In this document: positions 9,997 through 19,868 of the stretch, in pieces
How the letters are laid out: the number at the start of each line of letters is the position of its first letter
Position numbering within the stretch: the first letter of the stretch is position 1
DNA from: Methanofollis sp.
Lineage (GTDB): Archaea; Halobacteriota; Methanomicrobia; Methanomicrobiales; Methanofollaceae
Assembly: GCA_028696365.1 (NCBI GenBank)
Contig: JAQVHG010000001.1
Location: 2,401 to 66,400 of the forward strand
Direction: 5' to 3'
DNA length: 64,000 nucleotides
The notes under the pieces: generated by a model
The model's database searches: none
Seen by the model: only the letters and a program-made list of their open reading frames with translations
What the model was told of the DNA's origin: nothing
Program-made: the position numbers and the translations under genes

Positions 9997-10145
9997 TGAT
10001 TCGGCACGAATGCGGGTATGAGGCGCCGGTCTTCTGCCGGCGCTGCGGCCGCCCCCTTGAATATTCTGAACGTCGTGGAGTTTATTGTCCAAACTGTGGC
10101 AGACAGGTGACGATGATCTGTCCAAAGTGCGGAAAGCGCTGGTGA
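9996..10145 (+). CDS. 49-aa double zinc-ribbon microprotein (not in the ORF track)
   Basis: MIRHECGYEAPVFCRRCGRPLEYSERRGVYCPNCGRQVTMICPKCGKRW*; TGATG overlap with the fwdC stop; HxC plus three CxxC. Confidence 0.8.
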   Translation: MIRHECGYEAPVFCRRCGRPLEYSERRGVYCPNCGRQVTMICPKCGKRW

Positions 10146-10234
10146 AGGAAGGGGGTCGGCGGTCGGGAGAGACCGGGTGCAGGTGAGATGGATCCGATTT
10201 TTCTCTTGAAGAACCTATTTTTTTGGAATTTTTT

Positions 10235-10463
10235 GGCTTTGTAGAAATCCTCTTAATGCATCTCTCTGGCGGGGGGCGTGCTGCCCCCCAAACCCCTCTC
10301 GGCACGATAAGTCGAGGGGGGCAGCACTCTCATCACAGTTGCCCATGATGCCTTCCCGACCATATCTTCATCCCGGGGGTCCGGGGGCAGAGCCCCAGGC
10401 AAGAGATTATAGGAAAGCGGGAGAGTCGCGCTCACACCAAGAATTAACAGTTTCTACAGAGCC
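10235..10463 (-). mobile_element. MITE-like repeat family A, full copy
   Basis: GGCTTTGTAGAAA...TTTCTACAGAGCC, 229 bp, internal GC hairpins. Confidence 0.85.
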
Positions 10464-10681
10464 GAATATATGCCATGATAATTGCTCAGAGCTGCGTTTC
10501 AGAAGGTAGACGGATCCCGATCCTCGCGACAGTGCAACAGAGAATGTCCTGTTCAACCGCCGCTCCTCGGCTATCTTCGTCTATGGGGGGTTCCTGGGGC
10601 GGAGCCCCCAGAACCCACGGTATGAAGATTGGGCTGGGAAGGCAGAGCTCCTGAGCACTCATTGGGCGTTTTTTTATCTCT

Positions 10682-10852
10682 GAGGTCATTCCAAAACTCT
10701 CTAGGGTTGAAGTTCTCCTCGAGCTGAAGTGCTTCCTTCCAGAAATTCTAAACGCTCTCCTCCACCGGGGGGCTTACCGCCCCTGGCCAAAGATGTGGGA
10801 AGGCGGGGGAGTCACGCTCACACCAAGAATTGACAAGAGTTTCTACAGAGCC
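10682..10852. mobile_element. Chimeric repeat: family B end plus family A end
   Basis: Starts GAGGTCATTCCAAAACTCTC; ends GAATTGACAAGAGTTTCTACAGAGCC. Confidence 0.7.
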
Positions 10853-10897
10853 GATCTTCTTGCACGCTGAGGTGCCGTCCAGAGCAATGTTCATCCA

Positions 10898-11240
10898 GAG
10901 CATATCCCAGAACTCTCAGAGGCTTGAATATCCCCTCGAACCGAGGTGCTTCCTTCCAGAAATTCAGAACCCTATTCTTCACCTGGGGGCGGGCCGCTCC
11001 CTAACCCTCGCTGATGAAGATTAAGCAGAGGCCCGCATCCTGTCATCCTGTCCCCATGGTCTTCTCTCTGCCTTCCTGTCCCTATTGCCATCACAGCGCC
11101 ACCGACGCAAGCGTTGTGGTGTCGGAAGGCAATGGGTGGATGCATGGGTGCGCAACGAAGAGGTGAGACTTTCCCCACCTTCATTCATTGCCATCTTTCT
11201 GGAAGGCGAAGGGTAGAAGAGTTAATTTTGGGATGCCCTC
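10898..11240. mobile_element. MITE-like repeat family B, full copy
   Basis: GAGCATATCCCAGAACTCTC...GAGTTAATTTTGGGATGCCCTC inverted ends; homologous in reverse to 30932-31197. Confidence 0.7.
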
Positions 11241-11446
11241 CCAGTATGTGTGATCTTCAGGTTCATGTCTGATTCTCCAGACTCGGCACCGCGAAAAATC
11301 ATGTCATCCGGACTGTGGGGCGCGTGAGAGGATGGCCTCCTGGAGCAGGCACGTAAAACAGTGGCGAGCGAGACTCATGCAGCATGCCTGAGACATGCCG
11401 TGTGCGTCGTGAATGATTCAGGAAACTGTTCAGACCTTCGACGCTC

Positions 11447-11716
11447 TCAGTCAATCCGGTTCCTGACCCAACGAGCATACTCCGAACGAATTTTTTTCTT
11501 CTCTGCGGCGTCGAGATCTTCCCTGCATGTTTCTTCGAGATAGTCCTGGAGTTGGCAGACGACTCTTTCCGCGTCCTGGTGATCAATGACTTCGAGATAC
11601 ACAGGTGCGCGCGTGGCGTCTATCACCTCGCCGCAGACATGACAGAGCTTCCAGTGCTGGTACGGATCGACATAGGTAAAGGTGAAGCACCCCGGACAGC
11701 GGATGACGCGGTACAT
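11447..11716 (-). CDS. Zn-ribbon protein (DUF1922-like)
   Basis: MYRVIRCPGC...KLCHVCG. Confidence 0.75.
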   Translation of the reverse strand: MYRVIRCPGCFTFTYVDPYQHWKLCHVCGEVIDATRAPVYLEVIDHQDAERVVCQLQDYLEETCREDLDAAEKKKIRSEYARWVRNRID

Positions 11717-11796
11717 CATCCGGAGATGGGGGTTGCTTGGTGAAAAAGATTCCTCTCTGTATCGATAAAAAGAAGAAGGGGCGTGCAGTGCCCCGG

Positions 11797-12078
11797 TCAC
11801 CAGCGCCAGCCGCGACCTCGGCCGCCGCCAAATCCGCGGCCGCGGCCGCACCCGCGTGGAAGTCCACCGCGCCCAAGGCCGTAGACGGCACCCTGTGGGT
11901 AACCCCCACGAACGGGGCCGTAATAGGCAGCACTCTGTTGAGGCTGTGCGGGTTGTGCTGGTGCTGCGTTTTCGTCAGTCTCTGCAGTGGGTGTGGGAGC
12001 GACCGGCCTGCACCGGCCAAGTCCCCATCCGGTCAGTGGTCCTCGTCCAAGAGGACCTGTTCCATCCATTCCTGGCAT
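11797..12078 (-). CDS. Gly/Arg-rich small protein (DUF5320-like)
   Basis: MPGMDGTGPLGRGPLTGWGLGRC...GRGRGFGGGRGRGWRW. Confidence 0.8.
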   Translation of the reverse strand: MPGMDGTGPLGRGPLTGWGLGRCRPVAPTPTAETDENAAPAQPAQPQQSAAYYGPVRGGYPQGAVYGLGRGGLPRGCGRGRGFGGGRGRGWRW

Positions 12079-12169
12079 ACAATTAGTACTCATATGCGCA
12101 TTAATAGATAAATGGTGGGGATCAGGCAATCGTCCCTCACCCCTAGAAAAAATGAATACGCCAGCCCTT

Positions 12170-12349
12170 TTACCAGTGCCAGTGCCAGCGTCCTTCCTGC
12201 TTCTTGGTTTCAGTCCTGATAATGACCTCCATCGTGGCCGGGACCGCCGCTCCTTTGGTAGCCTCACCGGTGCCTGTCTTCACCGGGGGTCCAAACTTCC
12301 GCTGGGCAAGTTCCTCTTTCCCAAGTTTCCCGATGCTATACCATGTCAT
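12170..12349 (-). CDS. 59-aa hypothetical protein ending in RWHWHW
   Basis: GAGGTG RBS before ATG 12349; TATA-like TTTGATATA at about 12412-12420. Confidence 0.55.
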   Translation of the reverse strand: MTWYSIGKLGKEELAQRKFGPPVKTGTGEATKGAAVPATMEVIIRTETKKQEGRWHWHW

Positions 12350-12505
12350 CTCGACACCTCCGCGGACACCCCTCCCTGGCCGCCCGCACACTCCCCAATC
12401 TTCGACACACCTATATCAAACCCATGTACCCTGCGGTGGTGCATCTATTATCCTGGTTGGGGAGTATTGGAGATGGGTTAAGAGCACACCTCAGGCATAC
12501 TGTAT

Positions 12506-13010
12506 GAGGGTATCCCAGAACTCTCTGATCCTCCTCCCCAGAGACGATAGTAATAGATGAAGTCATCCCAAAACTCTCCAGTCCTCCCCCTTCGGAATAG
12601 ATCACGAAGGATGATAGTTGAGAGGTCCTCACCTCTTTGTAGTGCAACCATGCATCCATCGCCTCCCCTTACGCTCCTGCCGGGGGAGCTGCCCCCGGCG
12701 AGAAGATGGAGGAAGGTGGAGGAAGGCGGTTGAATCGCGTTCGCACCGAGAATTGGCGAGGGGTTCTACAAGGCCAGAAACTCTTACTTTTTCTTGGTTT
12801 GAGTATGATTCAACCACCTACCCCCACGTTAAGAGCACGATGAGGACAGGAAGGCACAATCGATGAATCTAAAGAGAGATTTACCGTCCACCACCTCTCG
12901 CTCGTGCGGGGGACCAGAGAGTGGCAAGTCTCCCCCAGAGATGGTTGTCTGGAGGAATTCTACAAAGCCGATTTCCCAGGGTCTGTAGAAATCCTCACCT
13001 ATTCCAGACA
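12506..13010. mobile_element. Cluster of nested repeats: B end (12506), B+A chimera (12559-12775), degenerate A (12776-12969), A end (12979)
   Basis: ATCCCAAAACTCTCC, TTCTACAAGGCC, TTCTACAAAGCC and GGGTCTGTAGAAA termini. Confidence 0.7.
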
Positions 13011-13351
13011 CAGTTGTGAAACAATCACCTTCCATCAGATAACTGTCCATATAAATTCCACACGGCCATTTCCTAAGTTTTGTTTTTGAACTCGATCGTT
13101 TTCTGGAATGAAGATCGAGGCATGGCATAAGAAAAGACAGAGGAGGGAGAGCGGTTCAGGGACCACTTACTCATGATCCCTCCTCGTGAAGAGGAGAATG
13201 GACAGCCATCAGTCAGTCAGACAATCTCCATCGCGCCCACACTTGATCCCTTGCTCTGCCATCCCTTCTTTACCACTGTACCAGAAGGGAAAGAAAAGAA
13301 GCAGGAGGTAACGAGAGCGTGCGATCCCGCATCTTGCTCTATACTATTGCC

Positions 13352-14293
13352 CTACTCCCTGCCATTTGCTTCCTTGAACCTGATGAGGTTGGTGATGCAC
13401 CGGTTGTATGGGGTCGGAACCCCGAGTACCTCCCCCTGGTCGGCGATATAACCGTTGAGGAGGTCGATCTCGGTCCGCCGCCCAGTTTGTATGTCATAGT
13501 ACATCGAGGGATAAGCGGTGGCGAAGTCGGGAACCTGCACCGAGAAGAGGTGGTCGAGGTAGGTTTCAGCAGTCGGCCAGGCCGTCCTGACGCCTTTTGC
13601 CTCCATCACCATGAAGGCCTCGCGGACGATCTCTCTGATCACCTGCTGCAGGCGGGAGTCTGCCACTTTCCCTACCGGGACCGAGAGGAGGGCACAGATC
13701 GGATTTATCGAGAGGTTCAGGAGGGATTTCGTCCATTTTGCCGACCTGATATCTGTACTGGCCTCGACGAGAACCCCGGCCGACCTGACCATCTCCACGA
13801 GACAGCCGACCATCTCCACGTTAGGGCCTGACCAGTGGCCAAAGATCATCGGGCTGCTCTGGCTCTTCACCCTCACATGCCCATCGCCAACCACTGAGAA
13901 GTTGGTGGTGACCGTACCGCCGATGACGTTTCTAGCATATTCAGCGATGACCTCCTCGTTGCCGATCCCGTTCTGGAGACTCGCAACAGTTCTCCCCTTG
14001 AGGAGGTCGGCGTACTCCTCACAGACTGCCCTGGTGTCAAATCCCTTTGCAGTGATGATGACGAGATCAGGTGCCGGCAGGCCTTTCTCAGGACCGGTGA
14101 TGCAGGCGATCTCTCTGACGGTGCAGTCCCCCCAGACTCCTTCCATCACAAGGCCGTCCCGGGCGATCGCTGCGGCATGGCGCGGCCTGCATGCCACCGT
14201 GACACGGGCGACCCCGGCAAGTGCCCCTGCAAGGGAGAGGCCCACTCCCCCTGCACCAAGGATCAGGACATCGGGTCGATTTGCCTCTGTCAT
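13352..14293 (-). CDS. panE: 2-dehydropantoate 2-reductase (ketopantoate reductase)
   Basis: GAGGVG Rossmann motif, SLQNGIG, KWTK..N, SMYYD....R.TEID.LNG. Confidence 0.9.
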   Translation of the reverse strand: MTEANRPDVLILGAGGVGLSLAGALAGVARVTVACRPRHAAAIARDGLVMEGVWGDCTVREIACITGPEKGLPAPDLVIITAKGFDTRAVCEEYADLLKGRTVASLQNGIGNEEVIAEYARNVIGGTVTTNFSVVGDGHVRVKSQSSPMIFGHWSGPNVEMVGCLVEMVRSAGVLVEASTDIRSAKWTKSLLNLSINPICALLSVPVGKVADSRLQQVIREIVREAFMVMEAKGVRTAWPTAETYLDHLFSVQVPDFATAYPSMYYDIQTGRRTEIDLLNGYIADQGEVLGVPTPYNRCITNLIRFKEANGRE

Positions 14294-14336
14294 AACTCTG
14301 CTGATCTTGGATGCAGAGGAGGATAACGGTATCCCG

Positions 14337-15320
14337 TTACCCTCCTCTTCTGAACGTGCCGGTCAAGGCTGCGACCAGGGCAAGAACCGGTCCAAGGACC
14401 AACCCCGCCCAAAGGAGGAGGCCGAGCAACCCGACACCTGTCATCTTCAGGACAAAACCCTTCTGCTCCCTCTTCATCCCTGCCCTGACAGCGACGGCTC
14501 CGAGAGCCAACGGCGCGAGGACGAAGAGGAGAGTGAAGAGGGCGGTAGTAGACCACCCTGTCTGTATGAGGGCAAGTCCCATCTGGAGAAGGATCATCGC
14601 CGCGCCGCCGATGTATAGAAGCCCGGCGACAACAGCCAGGAAGCCGGCGATATCGAGACGACGCTGCGCCCGGGCAAGGGTGACGGCCCCGATAAACAGG
14701 ACCAGAACCAGTGGGCCGAAGACCAGGAGCGGGGACTGCCCTTCCCAGAGGTAGACACCAACCACTGAGATCGGGACAGTGAGCCATTCTACTACTGAGA
14801 ACTCCTCCTTGAACCCGACCGAGAGCCCGAAGTTCCCACCTTCCCCAGCGACGGCAGCATAATATGTGCCTGGGATTGTGACATCCATAGAGTATGAAGC
14901 CACTTGAGAGAGCGCTGAGGGGGTGAAGGGTTCATACTCTGGGCGCGCAGGGGCGCGGCTCTCTACGACGATCACACCAGTATCAGGAGGAACCTCGACG
15001 TCAGCGGGCACGGTGCCGGACCCGACGACCTCAGGCCCCATCACCACCAACGTTGGCAGGGCGGTGGAGTGGTCTGGAGGAACGAAGAGGCCGAGACGGA
15101 GTTCATCTCCCTCTTCTAGATCAAAACGATAATACTTCACCCCGACGCCTGGTGGGAGGGTGTCGTAGACCACCCAAGACTTTTCTGGGTCGTCAATGTG
15201 GAGCGCATGATCGAGGTGGTCGTTCTCTCCTCCCTGGACCGGGACATGGGCCATGCTCACAGCGCAGAGGCAGAGGGTCAGAAGGCACGCGAGAAGGTGT
15301 GACCTATGGTCGACGCCCAT
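14337..15320 (-). CDS. Membrane protein with signal peptide, extracellular domain and 4 C-terminal TMs
   Basis: ATG 15320 preferred because the longer ORF starts inside a repeat; hydrophobicity pattern. Confidence 0.75.
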   Translation of the reverse strand: MGVDHRSHLLACLLTLCLCAVSMAHVPVQGGENDHLDHALHIDDPEKSWVVYDTLPPGVGVKYYRFDLEEGDELRLGLFVPPDHSTALPTLVVMGPEVVGSGTVPADVEVPPDTGVIVVESRAPARPEYEPFTPSALSQVASYSMDVTIPGTYYAAVAGEGGNFGLSVGFKEEFSVVEWLTVPISVVGVYLWEGQSPLLVFGPLVLVLFIGAVTLARAQRRLDIAGFLAVVAGLLYIGGAAMILLQMGLALIQTGWSTTALFTLLFVLAPLALGAVAVRAGMKREQKGFVLKMTGVGLLGLLLWAGLVLGPVLALVAALTGTFRRGG

Positions 15321-15355
15321 GCTCTCCACCTGGCTATGATGGTATATGAATCTGC

Positions 15356-15476
15356 AGGTCTGTAGAAATCCTCTTGATAAATCTCTCTGGCGGGGGGCGT
15401 GCCGCCCCCAGCAAGATGATAGGAAAGGCGGATGACACGCATTCTCCCCACGATAAGTGAGGGGTTCTACAAAACC
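15356..15476 (-). mobile_element. Family A element, internally deleted (about 120 bp)
   Basis: AGGTCTGTAGAAA...GTTCTACAAAACC with the central hairpin core missing. Confidence 0.75.
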
Positions 15477-15688
15477 AATTCTACAGAGTTTGCTCAGGCA
15501 CATCTCGTACCCCTCGAAGCATTCGCTCCCCGTAGATATGTGGTCAGAATTCCTGAAAAGAAAATTTGGTCCAGGTCATGAATGACTCATCCCATGGACA
15601 CTTTTATGGTATGCTCTCTAAAATCACTTGAGATGAAAATATCATGCGGTTCATGAAAACACCGCACGAACTTCATGCTCTAAAAAGA

Positions 15689-16567
15689 TTAGATCAAGAA
15701 GACACCGATAATATCGGTCTGGGTGATGATCCCGATCGGTTTGCCGTCTTCGACCACGATCAGTCTCCCGATCTCTCTCTCCTTGAAGCGCTTGATCACA
15801 TCATAGAGTTTGGTCTCAGCATCAGCCTCTACGACGTCAGAGGTCATCGTACTGGTCACCGGCGTCGAGGGATCCAGTCCCTGGTCGATACCTTTGGCAA
15901 GGTCGCTGAGCGTCACGATCCCAAGGAGATTATCATCACCGTCCATCACCGGGGCGCCGTGGATGTGACGCCTTGCAAAGATCGAGGCTGCGTCCTTGAG
16001 CGTGTCGGTAGGGGCCAGGGAGATGAGCGGGGAACTCATATAGTGCCTGATCGATTTCTTGGGCAGAGAGATCATCTCGCTGATCGAGATAAGCAGGGAA
16101 CTCTTCACCTCGTCCTTGCCAAAGATCTCGCCCTTGATAAGCATCTTGTTCACCGGCGTTGGGCCTACGGTGATCTCGTCACCGATATCAAACATCTTGA
16201 CACTTCCAAGGAGTTTGATGAGGGCGTGACATATGTCAGGGTGACAGAGGGTCGTAAAGTCAATCTCTGATACGTTGACGCTCTCGACCTCTACACCACC
16301 TCTGGAGATCGGTACCATATATGCGCGGTCATACGCCTCGATGTTGAGTTCGGCATAGGCCTGGGTTGAGGGGTTGTATCCTCCCTTCGGGCCAGGGACG
16401 CCATCGACCAGTCCAAGCGCTTTGAGGGACTGCATCTGGTTCCTGACTGTTCCGGGGTTGCGTTTTAGAACTTCTGCGATCTCCTCACCCTTGATCGCAC
16501 GTGAGTGCTGATGATACAGGGTGATGAGAGTGATAAGTATCTCTTTCTGGATAAGGGACAAATCCAT
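15689..16567 (-). CDS. Transcriptional regulator, N-terminal wHTH plus C-terminal CBS pair (COG2524-like)
   Basis: IKGEEIAEVLKRNPGTVRNQMQSLKALGLVDGVPGPKGGY; two CBS domains. Confidence 0.9.
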   Translation of the reverse strand: MDLSLIQKEILITLITLYHQHSRAIKGEEIAEVLKRNPGTVRNQMQSLKALGLVDGVPGPKGGYNPSTQAYAELNIEAYDRAYMVPISRGGVEVESVNVSEIDFTTLCHPDICHALIKLLGSVKMFDIGDEITVGPTPVNKMLIKGEIFGKDEVKSSLLISISEMISLPKKSIRHYMSSPLISLAPTDTLKDAASIFARRHIHGAPVMDGDDNLLGIVTLSDLAKGIDQGLDPSTPVTSTMTSDVVEADAETKLYDVIKRFKEREIGRLIVVEDGKPIGIITQTDIIGVFLI

Positions 16568-16611
16568 AATAGAATAGAGGACTCTTCATAGATATCTTGG
16601 TTGTGGGTGCC

Positions 16612-17640
16612 GTGGATTTTGAGAAAATACCAACCGTTCCGACTGCAGACGAAGTATTGGACCGCAGCTTTAGACGTGCTGCGAAAAAAATGCAGAAGAA
16701 GATGAATAAAGACCGCGCGAACGAGGAATTCGTCAGGGCTGTCTCGAGTTCGGTCCATGACCGCCTCGTCCACGTGATCCAGTCGTTCCCGATCCTCGAT
16801 GAGCAACCGCCCTTCTATCGGGACACTGTCGAGGCGCTCTTCGGGATCGAAGAGTTAAAGAAGGCACTCGGGAGCGTCGGGTGGGCGGCGATGCACACCA
16901 AACGGATGGGCTGGGAGCACGGGGGGGCACGGATCAGGTGGGCCGAGGACACCGCGGCGGTCAGGAAACGCGCAGTGGCCAGGATCGCCTCGATCGTCCA
17001 TCAGATCGACGACGACCTCCGGTTCCTCAACGAGGCCAGGAATGTCCTCAGGAAACTCCCTGACATCAGGGAAGACGAGTTCACCGTGGTCATTGCGGGG
17101 TACCCGAACGTCGGCAAGTCTTCGTTCATCAACAGGGTTTCCTCGGCCGAACCCGAGGTGGCGTCATACCCGTTCACCACCAAAGGGGTGATCGTCGGCC
17201 ACCGGTACGAGGGGCGCAAACGGATCCAGTTCGTCGACACTCCAGGTCTGCTCAACCGCCCTGAAGAGGAGCGCAACCCCATTGAGGAGCAGGCGATCTC
17301 GGCGATCATCCACACCGCCAACCTGGTCGTCTTCATCCTCGACCCGAGCGAGTACTGTGGCTACCCGATTGAGGACCAGCGCCATCTCCTTGAGACCATC
17401 CAGGCCAGGGTGGAGGTGCCAATCATCATCGTCGCCAACAAGGCCGACCTCGGTGCGGTGAGCGAGGCAGAATTCTCCATGTCGGCCCAGACTGGCAAGG
17501 GAGTAAAAGAGGTGCTCAAGGCCGTCCTCTCACACTATCGTGAGCCAGCCCCACGCCCCGACGAGGGCGCACCCGAGGAGGAAACCGAGGATCGTCCCAC
17601 CGTTGAGGGGGGGGAGCCCGGCTTGAGGTCTTCCAGATAA
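16612..17640 (+). CDS. Nog1-family GTPase
   Basis: GYPNVGKSS, YPFTTK, DTPGLL and NKAD motifs; GTG 16612 probable start. Confidence 0.92.
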   Translation: MDFEKIPTVPTADEVLDRSFRRAAKKMQKKMNKDRANEEFVRAVSSSVHDRLVHVIQSFPILDEQPPFYRDTVEALFGIEELKKALGSVGWAAMHTKRMGWEHGGARIRWAEDTAAVRKRAVARIASIVHQIDDDLRFLNEARNVLRKLPDIREDEFTVVIAGYPNVGKSSFINRVSSAEPEVASYPFTTKGVIVGHRYEGRKRIQFVDTPGLLNRPEEERNPIEEQAISAIIHTANLVVFILDPSEYCGYPIEDQRHLLETIQARVEVPIIIVANKADLGAVSEAEFSMSAQTGKGVKEVLKAVLSHYREPAPRPDEGAPEEETEDRPTVEGGEPGLRSSR

Positions 17641-18438
17641 GACAAAATAGAGGAGCACGGCCATCCCCCCCACCGAACCGAGCATGGCTCCAAGGGCGGG
17701 GACCGAGATGCCCAGGACGGTCGAGTCAGTAAGGAAGACCTGGGCTGAGACGACGAGGACTGAGGGCATGATCAGGTCCCCCATGCCCATGATAAAAGCA
17801 CCTCGTTCGTCTTTCTCTTTTCCAAGGTCCATCCCTTCATGTCTGAACGAAAAACTCCGTCTTTTGGGAATGACAAAGAGGATAGGGGTCTTGAGTTCCA
17901 TGATCCCCTCGGCAAGCGTGAGCATGTGCTTGGTCTTGTAGACCGAGATGGCGTCATAGACTGCCAGCAGGACAAGAAGAAGGATCACCGGCAGGACCGC
18001 AAGGGAGACCCCAAAGATTGCGGCGACCCCGGCGGCGATGAGGATGCCGAGGGTGTCGATGACGTACCACTCGGGGTACAGGAAGAGGAGGGCGGTCCCA
18101 ATCGCCGCACCTCCTAGAGCAAAAAGAAGCCCAATAGATGAAAGGCCGAGCGCAGTCACTCCAAGACTCCAGAAGACAAAGTAGAGCGTGAGGAACACCG
18201 AAAGAGCGACGAGCCCCATGATTACCCGTTTACCCCCAAGTTTGATGAGAGCGAGCATGACCAGGGTGAACCCAAGAAGGAGGGCGATGAATATGAAGGG
18301 GTTTGCGACCGACGAGGGGTCTTCAAAGGCGACGATACCGGCCGCCTGCATCGGCAAGGCGAGATAAATGCCGACAGCCTCCACAAGGATGAGCATAAGC
18401 GGCATCACCAACAGAGGGACGTTATTCCTGATATCCAT
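17530..18438 (-). CDS. Presenilin-family intramembrane aspartyl protease (PSH)
   Basis: YD (LAVYDAISV), GxGD (MGMGDL) and PQAGLPPL motifs; about 9 TM. Confidence 0.92.
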   Translation of the reverse strand: MDIRNNVPLLVMPLMLILVEAVGIYLALPMQAAGIVAFEDPSSVANPFIFIALLLGFTLVMLALIKLGGKRVIMGLVALSVFLTLYFVFWSLGVTALGLSSIGLLFALGGAAIGTALLFLYPEWYVIDTLGILIAAGVAAIFGVSLAVLPVILLLVLLAVYDAISVYKTKHMLTLAEGIMELKTPILFVIPKRRSFSFRHEGMDLGKEKDERGAFIMGMGDLIMPSVLVVSAQVFLTDSTVLGISVPALGAMLGSVGGMAVLLYFVLSGRPQAGLPPLNGGTILGFLLGCALVGAWGWLTIV

Positions 18439-18494
18439 TGCAGACCTCTTCTAATATCGTTAGGTTAATTAATAGTATTCTATTATCTAAAAGC

Positions 18495-18809
18495 ATGGAG
18501 ATCAGAGATGTCCTTGTCGATATCGTCCTCACCATTCTCCTTGTGGTCTCCACCCTCACGCTGATCTGGCGGGTTTGGCAGGATCTGACGATGGCAGTGG
18601 CGACGACACTGATGATGCTCTCTCTTGGCGGGCTCTTCCTCTCTCTTGGGTACAAGATCTGGCGGCTCGAGGAGAGTATCGTCTCGCGCGAGCGCACGAT
18701 GAGGGTGAACATGCAGGAGCTTTCGCAGACGATGGCACAGAAATATGATAACACTGTCCAGCATATCGATACGACGGTGAGTGAACTCACCCGCAGGATG
18801 TACCGATAG
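18495..18809 (+). CDS. Hypothetical 2-TM plus coiled-coil protein
   Basis: ATG 18495; co-oriented just upstream of fen. Confidence 0.75.
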   Translation: MEIRDVLVDIVLTILLVVSTLTLIWRVWQDLTMAVATTLMMLSLGGLFLSLGYKIWRLEESIVSRERTMRVNMQELSQTMAQKYDNTVQHIDTTVSELTRRMYR

Positions 18810-18843
18810 AAGAGCAGACAACTAATTATTCTTGTGATCTTCC

Positions 18844-19845
18844 ATGGGCGTTGCACTCAGAGATATTATCAAGGACTACCGGGAGGAGACTGACCTCGAG
18901 GAGATGCGAGGTGTCGTGGCAGTCGATGCCTTCAATGCACTCTATCAGTTCCTCTCTATAATCAGGCAGCCAGACGGCACCCCGCTGATGGACAGGGAGG
19001 GGCGGGTCACTTCCCATCTCTCTGGGCTCTTCTTCAGGAATGTCAACTTTCTGGAGAAGGGGCTCAGGCCGGTCTATGTCTTCGACGGGGCACCGCCCCA
19101 GTTGAAGAGCACGACGATCGAGAAGCGGCGGGAAGTGAGGGACGCCGCGGGCGAGGCATGGAAAGAGGCGCTGGCGCGTGGCGATCAGGAAGAGGCCTAC
19201 AAGCAGGCGAGGGCCTCGTCCAGGATCGATCCCGGGATGATCGCCTCGGCAAAACGGTTGCTCTCGCTGATGGGTATCCCATGTGTCCAGGCACCGAGCG
19301 AGGGTGAGGCGCAGGCGGCGTTCATGGCGGGGAAGGGCGACGTCACTGCGGTGGCTTCGCAGGACTATGACGCCCTCCTCTTTGGGGCGCCGCAGTTGGT
19401 CAGGAACCTCACCATCTCAGGCAGACGGAAGATGCGCGGCCGGACGGTGACGGTGCGGCCTGAGAGAATCGACCTCCAGCGGGTGCTGGAGGGGCTCGCG
19501 ATCACCCGTGAGGACCTTGTCGAGATCGGGATCTTGGTCGGGACCGACTTCAACTCTGGGATCAGGGGTATCGGGGCGAAGACCGCTCTGAAGATCGTGC
19601 AGAAGGGGAAGTTTGCCGAGACGGTTCAGGAGAAGGCACCTGAGTTCGACCCCACACCTATCCGCAATTTCTTCCTCGACCCGCCGGTCACCGAAGACTA
19701 CCATCTCTCCTGGGAGAGCCCTGCGCACGACGGGGTGGTGGAAATGCTCTGCGAGGAGTATGCCTTCTCTGAAGGGAGGGTGGAGAGCGCCCTTGAACGT
19801 CTGGGGATGAAGGCCGGACAGAAGACTCTGGACGCGTGGTTCTGA
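18844..19845 (+). CDS. fen: Flap endonuclease 1
   Basis: DAFNALYQFLSIIRQPDG, EGEAQAA, GTDFN and C-terminal PIP box QKTLDAWF. Confidence 0.97.
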   Translation: MGVALRDIIKDYREETDLEEMRGVVAVDAFNALYQFLSIIRQPDGTPLMDREGRVTSHLSGLFFRNVNFLEKGLRPVYVFDGAPPQLKSTTIEKRREVRDAAGEAWKEALARGDQEEAYKQARASSRIDPGMIASAKRLLSLMGIPCVQAPSEGEAQAAFMAGKGDVTAVASQDYDALLFGAPQLVRNLTISGRRKMRGRTVTVRPERIDLQRVLEGLAITREDLVEIGILVGTDFNSGIRGIGAKTALKIVQKGKFAETVQEKAPEFDPTPIRNFFLDPPVTEDYHLSWESPAHDGVVEMLCEEYAFSEGRVESALERLGMKAGQKTLDAWF

Positions 19846-19868
19846 GGGCCTGGACTTTTTTTGATCCC

